A stretch of 64,000 bases of DNA, from positions 2,317-66,316 of the forward strand of contig JAGXFU010000010.1 of assembly GCA_024637115.1 (NCBI GenBank), written 5' to 3'. This DNA is from Actinomycetes bacterium. Its GTDB lineage: Bacteria > Actinomycetota > Coriobacteriia > Anaerosomatales > JAGXFU01. A model generated the notes under the pieces. That model did not search any database. It worked only from the letters and a program-made list of their open reading frames with translations, and was not told where the DNA came from. Each line of letters opens with the position of its first letter. The first letter of the stretch is position 1. Shown here piece by piece: positions 17,882-30,313 of this stretch. The translations under genes and the position numbers were made by a program.

Positions 17882-19072
17882 CTACTCGTAGCGCAGCGCC
17901 TCTATCGGATCGAGTCGCGATGCCCGATACGCCGGGTATACGCCAAAGAAGATGCCCACACCTGCGGAAAACAGGAACGCGAGGGCGACGGCCCAGGGCG
18001 TGATCTCGGTGGGAACAACGGTGCTCAAGGCTGCGGACCCGACCCATCCGAGTACGATGCCGATCACACCTCCCGCGACAGAGAGCATCACCGCCTCGAT
18101 AACGAACTGCGAGAGAATATCGTAGGTCTTGGCTCCCACCGCCTTGCGAATCCCGATCTCCCGGGTCCGCTCGCTCACGCTCACAAGCATGATGTTCATG
18201 ATGCCGATACCGCCGACCAACAGAGAGATGCCGGCGATACCTGCGAGCATGACAGTGAGCGTGCCGAGCAAGTCCGAGAGGATTCCAAGGGTTTGAGCTT
18301 GGGTGAACACAGAGAATTCCTCGCCAAAACGGGGCTTGAGGATGCGTTCGACCTGAGCCTGCACCGAGTTCACGTTCTCGGGATCTGCGGCTTTGATGAT
18401 GATGATACTGATGTCGGTGGTCCCGAGCAGGCGCTGGGCCGTAGTGACCGGCATGAACACCTGATTGTCCTGGTCGCCCGTGAGGGACCCACCCTGAGAT
18501 GCAACATGTCCGATTACCGTAAACCGCTGACCGTTGACGTCAACGGTCTCGCCTATGGGATCTCTCAGGGGGAACAGCTGATCTCGAACGCGTGAGCCCA
18601 AAATGACCACCCTGGAAGCGGCCTGCACTTCGCTGCGGCGATAACCCCTTCCGTCGACATAGTCGGCGGCGAACACTTCACCTGAGTACTCGTTGCCAGC
18701 TGCCACGGTAGTGCGCATTTCGCGATTTCCCACTTTGAGCGTGGCCGCGGCCTGGATGACCGGCACCACGATCTCGTCGGGTCCCAGCCTCCGGTCGATG
18801 AGGTCGGCATCCTCGATGGTGAACTGCTTGGTGATCGTACCGCCCGGCCCGCCGGCACCGCTTTCTTCGATGTTTCCCGGAAACGCGAACACGAGGTTCG
18901 AACCGAGTCCCTCGATCGAACCGGTTACTTCCTTCTGCACGCCCGTACCGATAGCCACGAGAAGGATAACCGCCGCAACCCCGATGATCACTCCGAGCAT
19001 CGTCAGGATGCTGCGAACCTTGTTGGCGTTGAGGGCGCGAAGGGCGATGCGGAAGCTCTCGAAGATATTCAT
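17882..19072 (-). CDS. MacB/FtsX-family ABC transporter permease
   Basis: RSILTMLGVIIG, VGGIGIMNIMLVSVSERTREIGIRKAVGA, LDPIEALRYE. Confidence 0.93.
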   Translation of the reverse strand: MNIFESFRIALRALNANKVRSILTMLGVIIGVAAVILLVAIGTGVQKEVTGSIEGLGSNLVFAFPGNIEESGAGGPGGTITKQFTIEDADLIDRRLGPDEIVVPVIQAAATLKVGNREMRTTVAAGNEYSGEVFAADYVDGRGYRRSEVQAASRVVILGSRVRDQLFPLRDPIGETVDVNGQRFTVIGHVASQGGSLTGDQDNQVFMPVTTAQRLLGTTDISIIIIKAADPENVNSVQAQVERILKPRFGEEFSVFTQAQTLGILSDLLGTLTVMLAGIAGISLLVGGIGIMNIMLVSVSERTREIGIRKAVGAKTYDILSQFVIEAVMLSVAGGVIGIVLGWVGSAALSTVVPTEITPWAVALAFLFSAGVGIFFGVYPAYRASRLDPIEALRYE

Positions 19073-19854
19073 CGATGGGCCTCTTCTGTGCTCAAGGCCG
19101 CCAACCGGTCGCGGGCAATGTAGCGCTCCTTGACGATCTCCTCCTCGACGATGCGACCGTCAGCGAGATGAACCACGCGTCTCGCATGCTTCGCAACGAG
19201 CGGGTCGTGGGTAACGAGTACGACCGTGATGCCCTGATCATTGAGGTCCTGGAGGATCTGCATGACCTCCATGCCTGAGCGAGAGTCGAGGTTGCCGGTG
19301 GGCTCATCGGCAAGCACGATGGATGGCTCGGTCACAAGTGCGCGGGCTATCGCCACACGCTGCTGCTGACCGCCCGACAGTTGACTGGGCAGGTGGCCGA
19401 GGCGATCCCCGAGCCCCACTCGCTCGAGTGCCTCGCGGGCCTTGCGCGCGCGCTCCGCCCCCCCGAGTCCCGAGTAGATGAGCGGAAGCTCGACATTCGC
19501 CTGAGCGCTTGTCCGAGCGAGAAGATTGAACGCCTGGAACACGAATCCGATCCGCTGATTCCGCACAGCCGCGAGCTCGTTTGGCTCCATGTCGGAGACA
19601 TCCTCGCCCTCGACCGTCACCGATCCGTTCGACGGATGATCCAGAAGGCCGATAATGTGCATCAGAGTCGACTTGCCCGACCCGGAAGGGCCCATAATCG
19701 AGAGCATCTGACCCTCGCATATCTGCAGGTCCACCCCGCGCAGGGCATGCACCTCAATCTCGTCGAGGGTGTAGCACTTGGAGACATCGCGGGCTTCGAG
19801 CACTACCCGCGCATCCAGACACATTGCCGCTACGCTGTCGTTATTCTCAACCAT
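19069..19854 (-). CDS. ABC transporter ATP-binding protein (MacB/LolD-type)
   Basis: GPSGSGKS, LSGGQQQR, LADEPTGNLD. Confidence 0.95.
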   Translation of the reverse strand: MVENNDSVAAMCLDARVVLEARDVSKCYTLDEIEVHALRGVDLQICEGQMLSIMGPSGSGKSTLMHIIGLLDHPSNGSVTVEGEDVSDMEPNELAAVRNQRIGFVFQAFNLLARTSAQANVELPLIYSGLGGAERARKAREALERVGLGDRLGHLPSQLSGGQQQRVAIARALVTEPSIVLADEPTGNLDSRSGMEVMQILQDLNDQGITVVLVTHDPLVAKHARRVVHLADGRIVEEEIVKERYIARDRLAALSTEEAHR

Positions 19855-19857
19855 GGG

Positions 19858-21345
19858 TTACTCGTTGGCTGAGATCTTCATGCCGTCGACCAACTCAGTT
19901 GGTCCCGACAGCGCCACGGTGGTGGCCTCCCCTATGCCCGAGGTGATCTGGGCACGGGTTTCCGTGATCGTCCCCACTTCGACTTGCGTTCGCACGAGCG
20001 TGTCGCCATCCACTACATACACGTATCCTGTGCCGCCTTCATCGAACAGCGCTTCGATGGGAACCGTGATGGCACCGGGCACCGAGGAGACCTCGATCTC
20101 AACATCGCCCTGCATGCCGATGAGGATGCCTTCAGCCGGTTCGTCTATCGCGAGGTGTACCGGGAAGATCGTGCCTCCGGTGAGCGTAAGCTGAGCTGCA
20201 GGCATGATCTCGGCCACCGAGGATTCAATCTGCCGCTCCGCAAAGGAGTCGAGGTTTATCAGGCCCGTCATGCCAAGCTCGATCGACGTGACATCAATCT
20301 GGTCGACCTCTGCCGAGAAGCGCAGCCCGTCAAGATCGACAACCGTGAAGACCGCCGACTGAGGCGCAACCGCAGCTCCCTCGGCGGCAACCGGAGTCCG
20401 ACCGTCTGCTCCGGGCGCCGCAAGCGCACTGAACAGTACAACGCCGTCGATGGGGGCGCGCAGTGTGGCCTTGCCCAGAGTCTCCTCGGCTGCCGCCAGC
20501 GCAAAACGCGCCTGATCGACTCCGGCTTGTGCTGCGCTGCGCTCGGCAGAGAGATTCGTTCCCTCCAGGCGTTCTTGCTGTGCCCGAGAGCTGAGGTATC
20601 CGGCGTAGGCCTGATCAGCTCCTGCCTGCGCCTGAGCGATTGCTTGCGCCCCGCTGTATGAAGTGAGTTGTTCCTGTGCGGACTTCGCCTGGAGGTACCC
20701 GGCGTAGGCTTGTTCCTTTGCGATCCGAAGCTGCTCGAGCTCTGCGAGCGCCGGAGGTACGGGAACCGCGCTGGCTTCGATTGATGCCTTGAGCGCGTCA
20801 TACGGCCTCTTTGCCAGGGAATACGAAGAGTAAGCCGCCGTAGTGGCAGCCTTGGCGGCGGCGATATCGGTGCTGCTTGGGCCTGCTGCCTCGGCGGAGT
20901 CGATTGCCTCAAGCGATGCCTCATACCCCGCCCACGCTGCGTTCGTCCCCGCTCGGGCTGCGGTCTCATCCCCGCATGAGGGCTCCTGCTTATTGACCAC
21001 AGCAAGCTGTGATTCCGCAGCCGCCAATGCCGCCGTAGCCTGCTTGACCTGCGCCTCAAGGGGCACCGTATCCATGAGGGCGAGCGGAGCGCCCTCCGTG
21101 ACCTGTTCGCCGTCCTTCGCATAGACGGTTGCAAGTGTTCCCACTGTTGGGGCAAACACATCAGCTCGCACTCCGGACTCGATACGCCCGGCTGCGGTTA
21201 TCGTTACAGCAAGGTCCTCTTGAACGGAGACCGCTACATCGACCGCGGTTCCGCCCCCTCCGCCACCGAGGGTTATTGCCAGCGCCGTCCCTCCGAGAAC
21301 GAACAGCGCCACAACTGCCAGAATGATCTTGGTCCTCGACGACAC
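19858..21345 (-). CDS. MacA/HlyD-type membrane fusion (adaptor) protein
   Basis: N-terminal TM, lipoyl half-motifs (APTVGTL..DGEQVTEG; LRAPIDGVV), long Ala-rich coiled coil. Confidence 0.88.
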   Translation of the reverse strand: MSSRTKIILAVVALFVLGGTALAITLGGGGGGTAVDVAVSVQEDLAVTITAAGRIESGVRADVFAPTVGTLATVYAKDGEQVTEGAPLALMDTVPLEAQVKQATAALAAAESQLAVVNKQEPSCGDETAARAGTNAAWAGYEASLEAIDSAEAAGPSSTDIAAAKAATTAAYSSYSLAKRPYDALKASIEASAVPVPPALAELEQLRIAKEQAYAGYLQAKSAQEQLTSYSGAQAIAQAQAGADQAYAGYLSSRAQQERLEGTNLSAERSAAQAGVDQARFALAAAEETLGKATLRAPIDGVVLFSALAAPGADGRTPVAAEGAAVAPQSAVFTVVDLDGLRFSAEVDQIDVTSIELGMTGLINLDSFAERQIESSVAEIMPAAQLTLTGGTIFPVHLAIDEPAEGILIGMQGDVEIEVSSVPGAITVPIEALFDEGGTGYVYVVDGDTLVRTQVEVGTITETRAQITSGIGEATTVALSGPTELVDGMKISANE

Positions 21346-21402
21346 GCTGCTACCTCCTTGGCAAGCACGCAGAACCGTACGGGTCAGTCTGCGAGCCGTG
21401 TT

Positions 21403-22137
21403 CTACTCTGTGTTTGTTCCACTTCCTCGCTGTCTCACCACATACTCATCGGCTGCCCCATCGAGCAAGTCGGGCAACTCCGAGATAGAAGAGAGGGCGA
21501 AGTCCGGGCCGGGCTCGAGAACCGCCTCTTCTGAGAACGCCCCCCATAGAGCGGCTACCGATATCGCTCCCCCGTTGATCGCCGCCATCATGTCAAAGGA
21601 ACTGTCGCCGATGTAGATACACTGGTCGAGGGGGACACCAAGTGCATCCGCTGCCTCATGCAGCGGAAAAGGATCCGGCTTGTGTACGTCAACATCATCT
21701 GCGCAGATCAGGACGTCGAAATATCCCCGCAGACCAAAGAGATCCATCCCCTGGCAGGCTATCCCGCGACTCTTGGATGTGACGATACCGAGAGGAATCT
21801 CCCGGCTCTTGAGCTCCCGGAGCACCTCGTCGACGCCCTCGTACTCCCTCACGAGGTCGTCGTGTACGGCCCGGTTGTGCACCCGATATGCAAAGACCAG
21901 CTCGTCCTCATGCTCTTCGGAGATTATCCGCATCTGATCCCAGAGCGGAATACCCACATTGAGCATCAACTCTTCGTCAGACAGTGAGATGCCGAGCACC
22001 TGTTCAGTCGCGTGTCGCAGCGACACAAGAATCAATGCCATCGTGTCTATGAGCGTGCCATCGAGGTCAAAGAGAACCGCGCGCACCTCACCGATGCGCG
22101 CGGTCAGTTCACTCAAGTGCGTGTCGTAGGACTCCAA
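21403..22137 (-). CDS. HAD-family hydrolase (PpaX/Gph-like)
   Basis: FDLDGTLID, VTSK, KPDP, IGDS..D. Confidence 0.9.
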   Translation of the reverse strand: MESYDTHLSELTARIGEVRAVLFDLDGTLIDTMALILVSLRHATEQVLGISLSDEELMLNVGIPLWDQMRIISEEHEDELVFAYRVHNRAVHDDLVREYEGVDEVLRELKSREIPLGIVTSKSRGIACQGMDLFGLRGYFDVLICADDVDVHKPDPFPLHEAADALGVPLDQCIYIGDSSFDMMAAINGGAISVAALWGAFSEEAVLEPGPDFALSSISELPDLLDGAADEYVVRQRGSGTNTE

Positions 22138-22146
22138 GGTCTTTGG

Positions 22147-24753
22147 CTACTCCTCGTCGCCTTCGACATCTTCGAACTCTTCGGCCGCCAATTCCTCGGC
22201 TGCCGACTCTCTGATATCTACAGGCTCGGTCCCGTTCGCGTCTGTTCCATCTTCAAGCAATGACGTCTGTCCCTCGGGAATCGCGACAGCAGGCTTTGCC
22301 TGTTTCTTTCGTGCACTCACTCGTGCGATCGCCACAACGCGATCAGCTCCACTTACGTTCATGACCTTCACGCCTTGTGTCGAGCGTCCGAGCTTCGAGA
22401 TATCGTTCGCGCTCACTCTGATGACAACGCCCTCTTCAGAGATCAGCATGAGCTCATGATGGGCCTGGACCACCTTCATTCCGGCGAGGAAGCCCTTCTT
22501 CTCTGTGATCTGAATAGTCTTGACTCCCATACCGCCGCGCTTCTGGAGCGGATAGTCGTCGAGAGCTGTGCGTTTGCCGTAGCCGCGCTCCGTCACCACA
22601 AAGAGTTCGCTGTTCTTGGGAACGATCTCCAGGTCGAGCACTGCCTCGTCCGCCTTAACGTTCATTCCTTTAACGCCCATGGTGTCGCGGCCCATCGGAC
22701 GCGCATCAGACTCGTCCCACACGATGGCCTTGCCTGCGGTCGATACCATGACCACGCGCTCGCCTTCATGGACCCTCCGCACCGCGATGAGCTCGTCGCC
22801 GTCGCGTAGGTTGATGGCGATGATCCCGTCCCTACGGCTTCTGTCGTACGCTTCGAGGGCCGTCTTCTTGACCAGGCCGTTCCTTGTAGCAAACAACAGG
22901 AAATCATCTGCGGCGAACGCCTTGGTTGAAATGACCGCAGCAATCGTTTCCGCTTGCTGGAACGGCAACAGGTTGACTGCTGCTGTGCCTCGCGCATGCC
23001 TGCTTCCCACCGGAAGCTCATGGACTTTGAGGCGATACACCTTCCCGTAGTTAGAGAAGAACAGCACGTAGTCATGCGTTGAGGCTACAAAGAGGTGCTC
23101 CACAAAGTCGTTCTCTTTGAGGTTGACTCCCGCCTTGCCCTTTCCGCCTCGCTTCTGCTGACGATATGTGGCGACAGGCAGGCGCTTCACATAACCCGCC
23201 TTGGTGATGGTCACAACCATGTCTTCTTCGGCAATGAGGTCTTCGACATCGAGGTCGCGAGCCGTGCCGGCAATCTCGGTGCGGCGCGGATTCGCGAACT
23301 TGTCGCGTACCTCGGCCATCTCCTCTTTGACGATCTTGAGCACCAGGTTGATGTCTGCGAGCACGCTCGTGTACCACGCGATCTTCGCCCGGAGTTCTGT
23401 GAGTTCCTCCTCGATCTTGTGACGCTCAAGACCAGTGAGTCGGCGCAAGCGCATCTCGAGAATCGCGTCAGTCTGCGTGTCTGAAAGACCAAAACGTGAT
23501 ACGAGCTTCGCTTTCGCCTCACGGTCATCGGAGCTCCCGCGGATTATCTTGATGACTTCGTCGATGTTGTCGAGCGCAATGACGTAGCCCTCGAGAATAT
23601 GTGCGCGTTCCTGAGCTTTGCGAAGCTCGTACTGGGTGCGCCGGGTGATGACTTCTTTCTGGTGCTCAACGTAGTACTTGAGTACTTCAGGAAGGGTCAG
23701 TGTGCGAGGGATACCGTCGACCAGGGCGATCATGATCACGCCAAAGCCGGTTTGCAGCGTGGTGTGCTTGTAGAGCTTATTGAGCACCACCTGAGGAATG
23801 CAGGTTGTCTTGAGCTCGACCACCACGCGCATACCTTTGCGGTCAGACTCATCGCGTAGATCAGATATCTCAGTGAGCTTCTTCTCTCGTACCAGATCCG
23901 CAATCTTGGTGACGAGTTTGGATTTGTTAACGGTGTAGGGAATCTCCGTGATGATGATTCTCGTGCGCCCGGTACTCGTCTGCTCGATGTGCGCTTTGCC
24001 GCGCACCTTGATCGAACCGCGACCGGTTTCATAGGCATCTCTGATGCCATCACTTCCCATGATAATGCCGCCGGTCGGGAAGTCAGGCCCAGGCATGACG
24101 GTCATGAGTTCATCGACTGTCGCCTCAGGATTATCAATGATCATGGACACCGCATCGATGGCTTCTCCCATGTTGTGCGGTGGGATGTTCGTGGCCATAC
24201 CAACGGCGATTCCGGACGATCCGTTGACAAGCAGGTTCGGAAAACGGGCCGGGAGCACAAGGGGCTCGAGAAGGGATTCATCATAGTTGGGACCAAAGTT
24301 GACTGTCTCTTTGTCCAGATCTCGCAAGAGTTCCATAGCGGTCTTCTGCAGGCGCGCCTCGGTATAACGCATGGCAGCAGCACGGTCGCCATCAACTGAA
24401 CCGAAGTTGCCGTGACCATCAACCAGCGGCGCCCGCATCGAGAAGTCTTGAGCCATGCGAACCATGGTGTCGTAGACAGCGGAGTCTCCGTGAGGATGGT
24501 ACTTACCAATGACTTCACCGACGGTCCATGCGGACTTCTTGTACGACCTGCCAGCCGTGAGGCCCGATTCGTTCATCGCGTAGAGGATGCGCCTGTGGAC
24601 GGGCTTGAGTCCGTCTCGAACATCCGGAAGCGCTCGAGAAACGATGACGCTCATCGAGTATTCCAGGAACGAACTCCGCAGTTCCTCCTGGATCTCTCTA
24701 GGAAGTACGGTGCTTCCGCTCATGTCCGTCATTCCGGTCATGTCGTCTGCCAC
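22147..24753 (-). CDS. gyrA: DNA gyrase subunit A
   Basis: [30 protein letters not shown], GyrA-box QKRGGKG, acidic tail. Confidence 0.98.
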   Translation of the reverse strand: MADDMTGMTDMSGSTVLPREIQEELRSSFLEYSMSVIVSRALPDVRDGLKPVHRRILYAMNESGLTAGRSYKKSAWTVGEVIGKYHPHGDSAVYDTMVRMAQDFSMRAPLVDGHGNFGSVDGDRAAAMRYTEARLQKTAMELLRDLDKETVNFGPNYDESLLEPLVLPARFPNLLVNGSSGIAVGMATNIPPHNMGEAIDAVSMIIDNPEATVDELMTVMPGPDFPTGGIIMGSDGIRDAYETGRGSIKVRGKAHIEQTSTGRTRIIITEIPYTVNKSKLVTKIADLVREKKLTEISDLRDESDRKGMRVVVELKTTCIPQVVLNKLYKHTTLQTGFGVIMIALVDGIPRTLTLPEVLKYYVEHQKEVITRRTQYELRKAQERAHILEGYVIALDNIDEVIKIIRGSSDDREAKAKLVSRFGLSDTQTDAILEMRLRRLTGLERHKIEEELTELRAKIAWYTSVLADINLVLKIVKEEMAEVRDKFANPRRTEIAGTARDLDVEDLIAEEDMVVTITKAGYVKRLPVATYRQQKRGGKGKAGVNLKENDFVEHLFVASTHDYVLFFSNYGKVYRLKVHELPVGSRHARGTAAVNLLPFQQAETIAAVISTKAFAADDFLLFATRNGLVKKTALEAYDRSRRDGIIAINLRDGDELIAVRRVHEGERVVMVSTAGKAIVWDESDARPMGRDTMGVKGMNVKADEAVLDLEIVPKNSELFVVTERGYGKRTALDDYPLQKRGGMGVKTIQITEKKGFLAGMKVVQAHHELMLISEEGVVIRVSANDISKLGRSTQGVKVMNVSGADRVVAIARVSARKKQAKPAVAIPEGQTSLLEDGTDANGTEPVDIRESAAEELAAEEFEDVEGDEE

Positions 24754-25287
24754 TTAGAGCACTCCTCGCTGTTTGAGGCTGCGTACAGCCGTCCAAATGC
24801 CTAGCCCTACAAAGAGGCCGCCGAAGGCCATCAAAATCGTTGAACCCACTATTCCTGCAGGCCCGAGAGCGCCTGTGCGAACCATTGCAACGAAACCCCA
24901 CACAAGAAGCACGAGCCCTATTCCCACCGCGCCGACTGAGAACACAAGCCCGATCTTCCAAAGAGCACTACTGCTTTCAGGCTCCTCGATCTGGAGCTGA
25001 AGCAGCATGGCGGCCATGGCTTTCTCGTCTACTTCTGCTCCTCCTGGAGACTCCTTGCCTGGCGGCTCTTGTGTGGGAGCCGCTGCCTGCCCGAGGCTCT
25101 CTTGCGCTACATCGATCTTCTCTTCGACCACAAGTTCGGCCACGGACGAGGTTTGTTCGGGGAGTGTCTCCTCCGCGTGTTCTTGTGCTTGTTCCTCGCG
25201 TTTCCGTTGGAACTCCTCGAACTGCTCCCGCTCCCAAGGGGGTGGTTCAAACTGCCCCGGGTCGCGCTTGTTGGGCGTATCTATCAT
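24754..25287 (-). CDS. Hypothetical two-TM membrane protein with acidic N-terminus, between gyrB and gyrA
   Basis: 177-aa ORF filling the gap; its stop abuts the gyrA GTG; two hydrophobic C-terminal helices. Confidence 0.75.
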   Translation of the reverse strand: MIDTPNKRDPGQFEPPPWEREQFEEFQRKREEQAQEHAEETLPEQTSSVAELVVEEKIDVAQESLGQAAAPTQEPPGKESPGGAEVDEKAMAAMLLQLQIEEPESSSALWKIGLVFSVGAVGIGLVLLVWGFVAMVRTGALGPAGIVGSTILMAFGGLFVGLGIWTAVRSLKQRGVL

Positions 25288-25305
25288 CTCCGGTCACCCA
25301 TCGGC

Positions 25306-27267
<1,962 letters not shown>

Positions 27268-27361
27268 CTACCTACGAGATGTTGTGGTGCCCGAACTGAT
27301 TCTAACACAACAGAGGGGGTATAGAGCTGGATTTACCCTCCCTGACGGCCCCTATTGGCGT

Positions 27362-27883
27362 CTAGGACGTTTTGGGCCTTTCTTGACCCTTTTTCCACTC
27401 AAGGTCACGAATGGTCGCCCTGCGCGCCGCATCTCTTAAACCTTCGTTGGAAATAACAGCGACACTTCGCTCAATAGCGGCTCGCTCTTCGGGGGTGAGG
27501 GGTTCTGGGGTGACCTTCTCGCCGCCGTATCCGCGCTGGATTTCCTGCAGGTTTACGGATTCCTCTCGATTGCTGCGAACGTCCCGAGAGACAGTGAACC
27601 GAATGGACCCAACCAGATCCTGTCCAACCGCCGTATTTATTCTTTCTTTGAGTTCCTCGGCCATGAAAGAAAGCTCATTAGCCCACGCCGCTGAATCCGC
27701 GGCTACCAGGAGCTCTCGCTTTCTCACACCTATGACATATGTGTGATCACCAATATGATCTCCGACGACCGTTCTCCACACAGATATGACCGCAGCCTTC
27801 GGAAGTCCGTCTGAACGGTCTATCCGCTTGAGCACTCGCTGCAAGCCTGCGCCAAACTGGATCGGTCCGGTCCTCCTAGTCAA
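27362..27883 (-). CDS. dciA: DUF721 / DciA-like helicase-associated protein
   Basis: W..VVG..I..HT, SAAWANEL; canonical position between recF and gyrB. Confidence 0.82.
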   Translation of the reverse strand: MTRRTGPIQFGAGLQRVLKRIDRSDGLPKAAVISVWRTVVGDHIGDHTYVIGVRKRELLVAADSAAWANELSFMAEELKERINTAVGQDLVGSIRFTVSRDVRSNREESVNLQEIQRGYGGEKVTPEPLTPEERAAIERSVAVISNEGLRDAARRATIRDLEWKKGQERPKTS

Positions 27884-28973
27884 GACTGATCACCGCCCCG
27901 CTAGCAAGCAGACTGCTATCGAAATACGGGAGATTCGTTGTCGTGATCACGGTTTGTGTAGCGCGTTGAACCCGTGCAGTCAGAAGTGCCCTTCGGGTTT
28001 CATCGAGTTCTGACATCACATCGTCCAATAGGAGAAGGGGTTGGATTTTGAGAACCTCCTCGACAACATCTACTTCTGCAAGTTTCCAAGCGAGTGCGAT
28101 AGAGCGCTGTTGTCCTTGAGAGGAGAATACCCGGGCTTGCTTTCCTTCAAATACCACGTCGATCTCATCTCGATGTGGTCCAAAAAGAGATGTCTTCCGG
28201 CGCGCCTCTGCTGAATGAGCCTGCAATAATGCTTCCTCGAACTGGTGCTTCCACTGTTCCGGGGTTGAGGCGCTCGTATCGTTGGTGTCCCGGTTCCAAG
28301 ACGGCAGGTAGCGGACGTGTAGACCCGGGCTTCCTGTGGTCTCCAGGTGAATGGTTTCCAGCCGCCGTGCTAGTTTCTCTACGAGTTGACTCCTGTGTTT
28401 CATGAGTCGAGAACCGATCTGGACGAGCTGCGAAGTCCATATTTCCAACTCAGCCGGAGAACCCTCTTCCTTCAGGAGACTATTCCGTTGTCGGAGGATC
28501 CTCTGGTATTGCCGTCGCAGACTCCCGTAATTGACAGATAGTTGCTCTCCTAATGAGTCAACTGCCGCCCTTCTCTGCTCCGAGGACCCTTTCACGAGCC
28601 CGAGGTCTTCTGGCGTGAACAAGACGCTGGGGAGTGACCCGTTTGATCCGGAGATGCTCTTCTTGGGAGCCCCATTCACCGTGTACTGTCTGCGTTTGTC
28701 TTTCTTGAGGGTGAGATCGACTTCAAGAAGTCGTCTGTCTCCTTCGGCCGTCAGGGAGATTCGGGACTCGTTTGCCCCTTCACGGATGACATCATTCCAC
28801 GCCGGCCTGCGGAAAGAGTCCCCTGCGGTAAGGAGCTGCAACGCCTCGATGAGGTTGGTCTTTCCAACTGCGTTCGGTCCATGAATCACCGTGAGGTTCT
28901 CATGAAGCGCAAGCGTGAAGGCCTGGTAGTTTCGAAAATCCCTGACTGAGAGCTTCTTGACGCTAAGGCCCAC
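27876..28973 (-). CDS. recF: DNA replication/repair protein RecF
   Basis: FRNY, GPNAVGKTN, GPHRDE, SQGQQR, LLDDVMSELD. Confidence 0.96.
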   Translation of the reverse strand: MGLSVKKLSVRDFRNYQAFTLALHENLTVIHGPNAVGKTNLIEALQLLTAGDSFRRPAWNDVIREGANESRISLTAEGDRRLLEVDLTLKKDKRRQYTVNGAPKKSISGSNGSLPSVLFTPEDLGLVKGSSEQRRAAVDSLGEQLSVNYGSLRRQYQRILRQRNSLLKEEGSPAELEIWTSQLVQIGSRLMKHRSQLVEKLARRLETIHLETTGSPGLHVRYLPSWNRDTNDTSASTPEQWKHQFEEALLQAHSAEARRKTSLFGPHRDEIDVVFEGKQARVFSSQGQQRSIALAWKLAEVDVVEEVLKIQPLLLLDDVMSELDETRRALLTARVQRATQTVITTTNLPYFDSSLLASGAVISLD

Positions 28974-28980
28974 AGAACTC

Positions 28981-30084
28981 CTACCCTAGTCTTACCGGCA
29001 TCAGGAGATAGAGGAATCCCTCGTCTTCTGTGGCCGTAAGGACTCCTGGCTTCAAAGCGCTCACTAGTTCAAACGTGACGGTTTCAGCGCTCGTGGATGC
29101 GATTCCATCAGAAAGAAAACCGTGATTGAACGCAATCTCCACTGCCTCTCCGGCTACCGTGGCCATCAAGTCCTCGGATGCGTCACCGATGTCTTGAGTG
29201 GTGGCTGACAAGGAGAGGGTCTGGTCCTCTGAATTAAGCACCACTTTCAAAGGAGTGTTGTGTTGAGCCATCAATGAAACTCTCTTCACCGCCTGGTTCA
29301 ACTCTTCCTTCTTGAGCGTTGCAGTGGTCTGGATATCTTTTGGTATCAACTGTTTGTAGTTAGGAAAAGTGCCTTCGATCCGGCGAGATACGAACACGGT
29401 ATTTCCGGCAGTGAATACGACCTGATTCTCAGAAACACCGAGGGACAACTGTGATGATCCTGCAGCTAACTTCACAGCCTCTTCCAAAGCTTTCCCGGGA
29501 ACAACAACCTCGATATCTTCTGGGGATTCATCTTCGAGAGTTATCTCTTTGACGGCAAGACGATAGGAGTCAGTAGCTACCATCCGGAGAGTGTGTCCTT
29601 CAACCTCAAGAAGCACACCGGTCAGTATCGGGCGGGTTTCATCCCGGCTCACTGCACGAGATACATGAGATACCGCATTCACCATGATTGATGTATCCAG
29701 CAAGACAGTCTGTCTCGTAGATATCTCAGGGAACTTTGGGAAATCTGCTGCGTTCAGTGTCTTAAGGGTGAAGGAAGCTTGCCCACAAGAGATTAAGGCT
29801 ATCTCCCCATCGATTCTGATATTCATCGCCGCTTCAGGTAGTGAGCGCACAATGTCGGTGATGAGTTTGCCCGGGAGCACAACTTGTCCTTGGGTGTCGA
29901 CAGCTGCGGCACTTGAGGTCTTGATTGAAACCTCGAGATCGGTTGTTTGAATCGTTAAGGTTCCATCTTGATCAGCAGAGAAAAGGATTCCTGAGAGGAT
30001 GGGAAGGGTTGATCTTGAAGAGAGACCCTTTCCTACGGTTGAAAGCATGTTGAAGAGTTCCCCACGGGCTATGGTCAGTCTCAT
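28981..30084 (-). CDS. dnaN: DNA polymerase III beta clamp
   Basis: TDLEV, RPILTGV, ATDSYRL, FPNY, LLMPVR. Confidence 0.97.
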   Translation of the reverse strand: MRLTIARGELFNMLSTVGKGLSSRSTLPILSGILFSADQDGTLTIQTTDLEVSIKTSSAAAVDTQGQVVLPGKLITDIVRSLPEAAMNIRIDGEIALISCGQASFTLKTLNAADFPKFPEISTRQTVLLDTSIMVNAVSHVSRAVSRDETRPILTGVLLEVEGHTLRMVATDSYRLAVKEITLEDESPEDIEVVVPGKALEEAVKLAAGSSQLSLGVSENQVVFTAGNTVFVSRRIEGTFPNYKQLIPKDIQTTATLKKEELNQAVKRVSLMAQHNTPLKVVLNSEDQTLSLSATTQDIGDASEDLMATVAGEAVEIAFNHGFLSDGIASTSAETVTFELVSALKPGVLTATEDEGFLYLLMPVRLG

Positions 30085-30313
30085 TATTGTTATTTCCTCT
30101 CTAAGTATCTAAACAATCATAGTAGTAATAGGGGGTGTGGAAGATGTGGGTACCCCTACTTTCACCAGGTCATTGGCGGTGTGTCTATCTTGATAACCCT
30201 GTTGACCAAAAACGGTACTTATCCACACTATCCACACCATTGCTGATTCATCCACACCCATGACACCTTCTCCACAAGCTATCCCCCTACAAGTAACAAG
30301 ACTGTCCACATCC
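30085..30313. other. oriC (dnaA-dnaN spacer) with DnaA boxes and DnaA-trio unwinding element
   Basis: TTATCCACA 30219-30227; near-consensus boxes at 30136, 30145, 30228, 30248, 30268, 30302; TAGTAGTAATAG 30120-30131 next to GGGG and a box. Confidence 0.88.
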
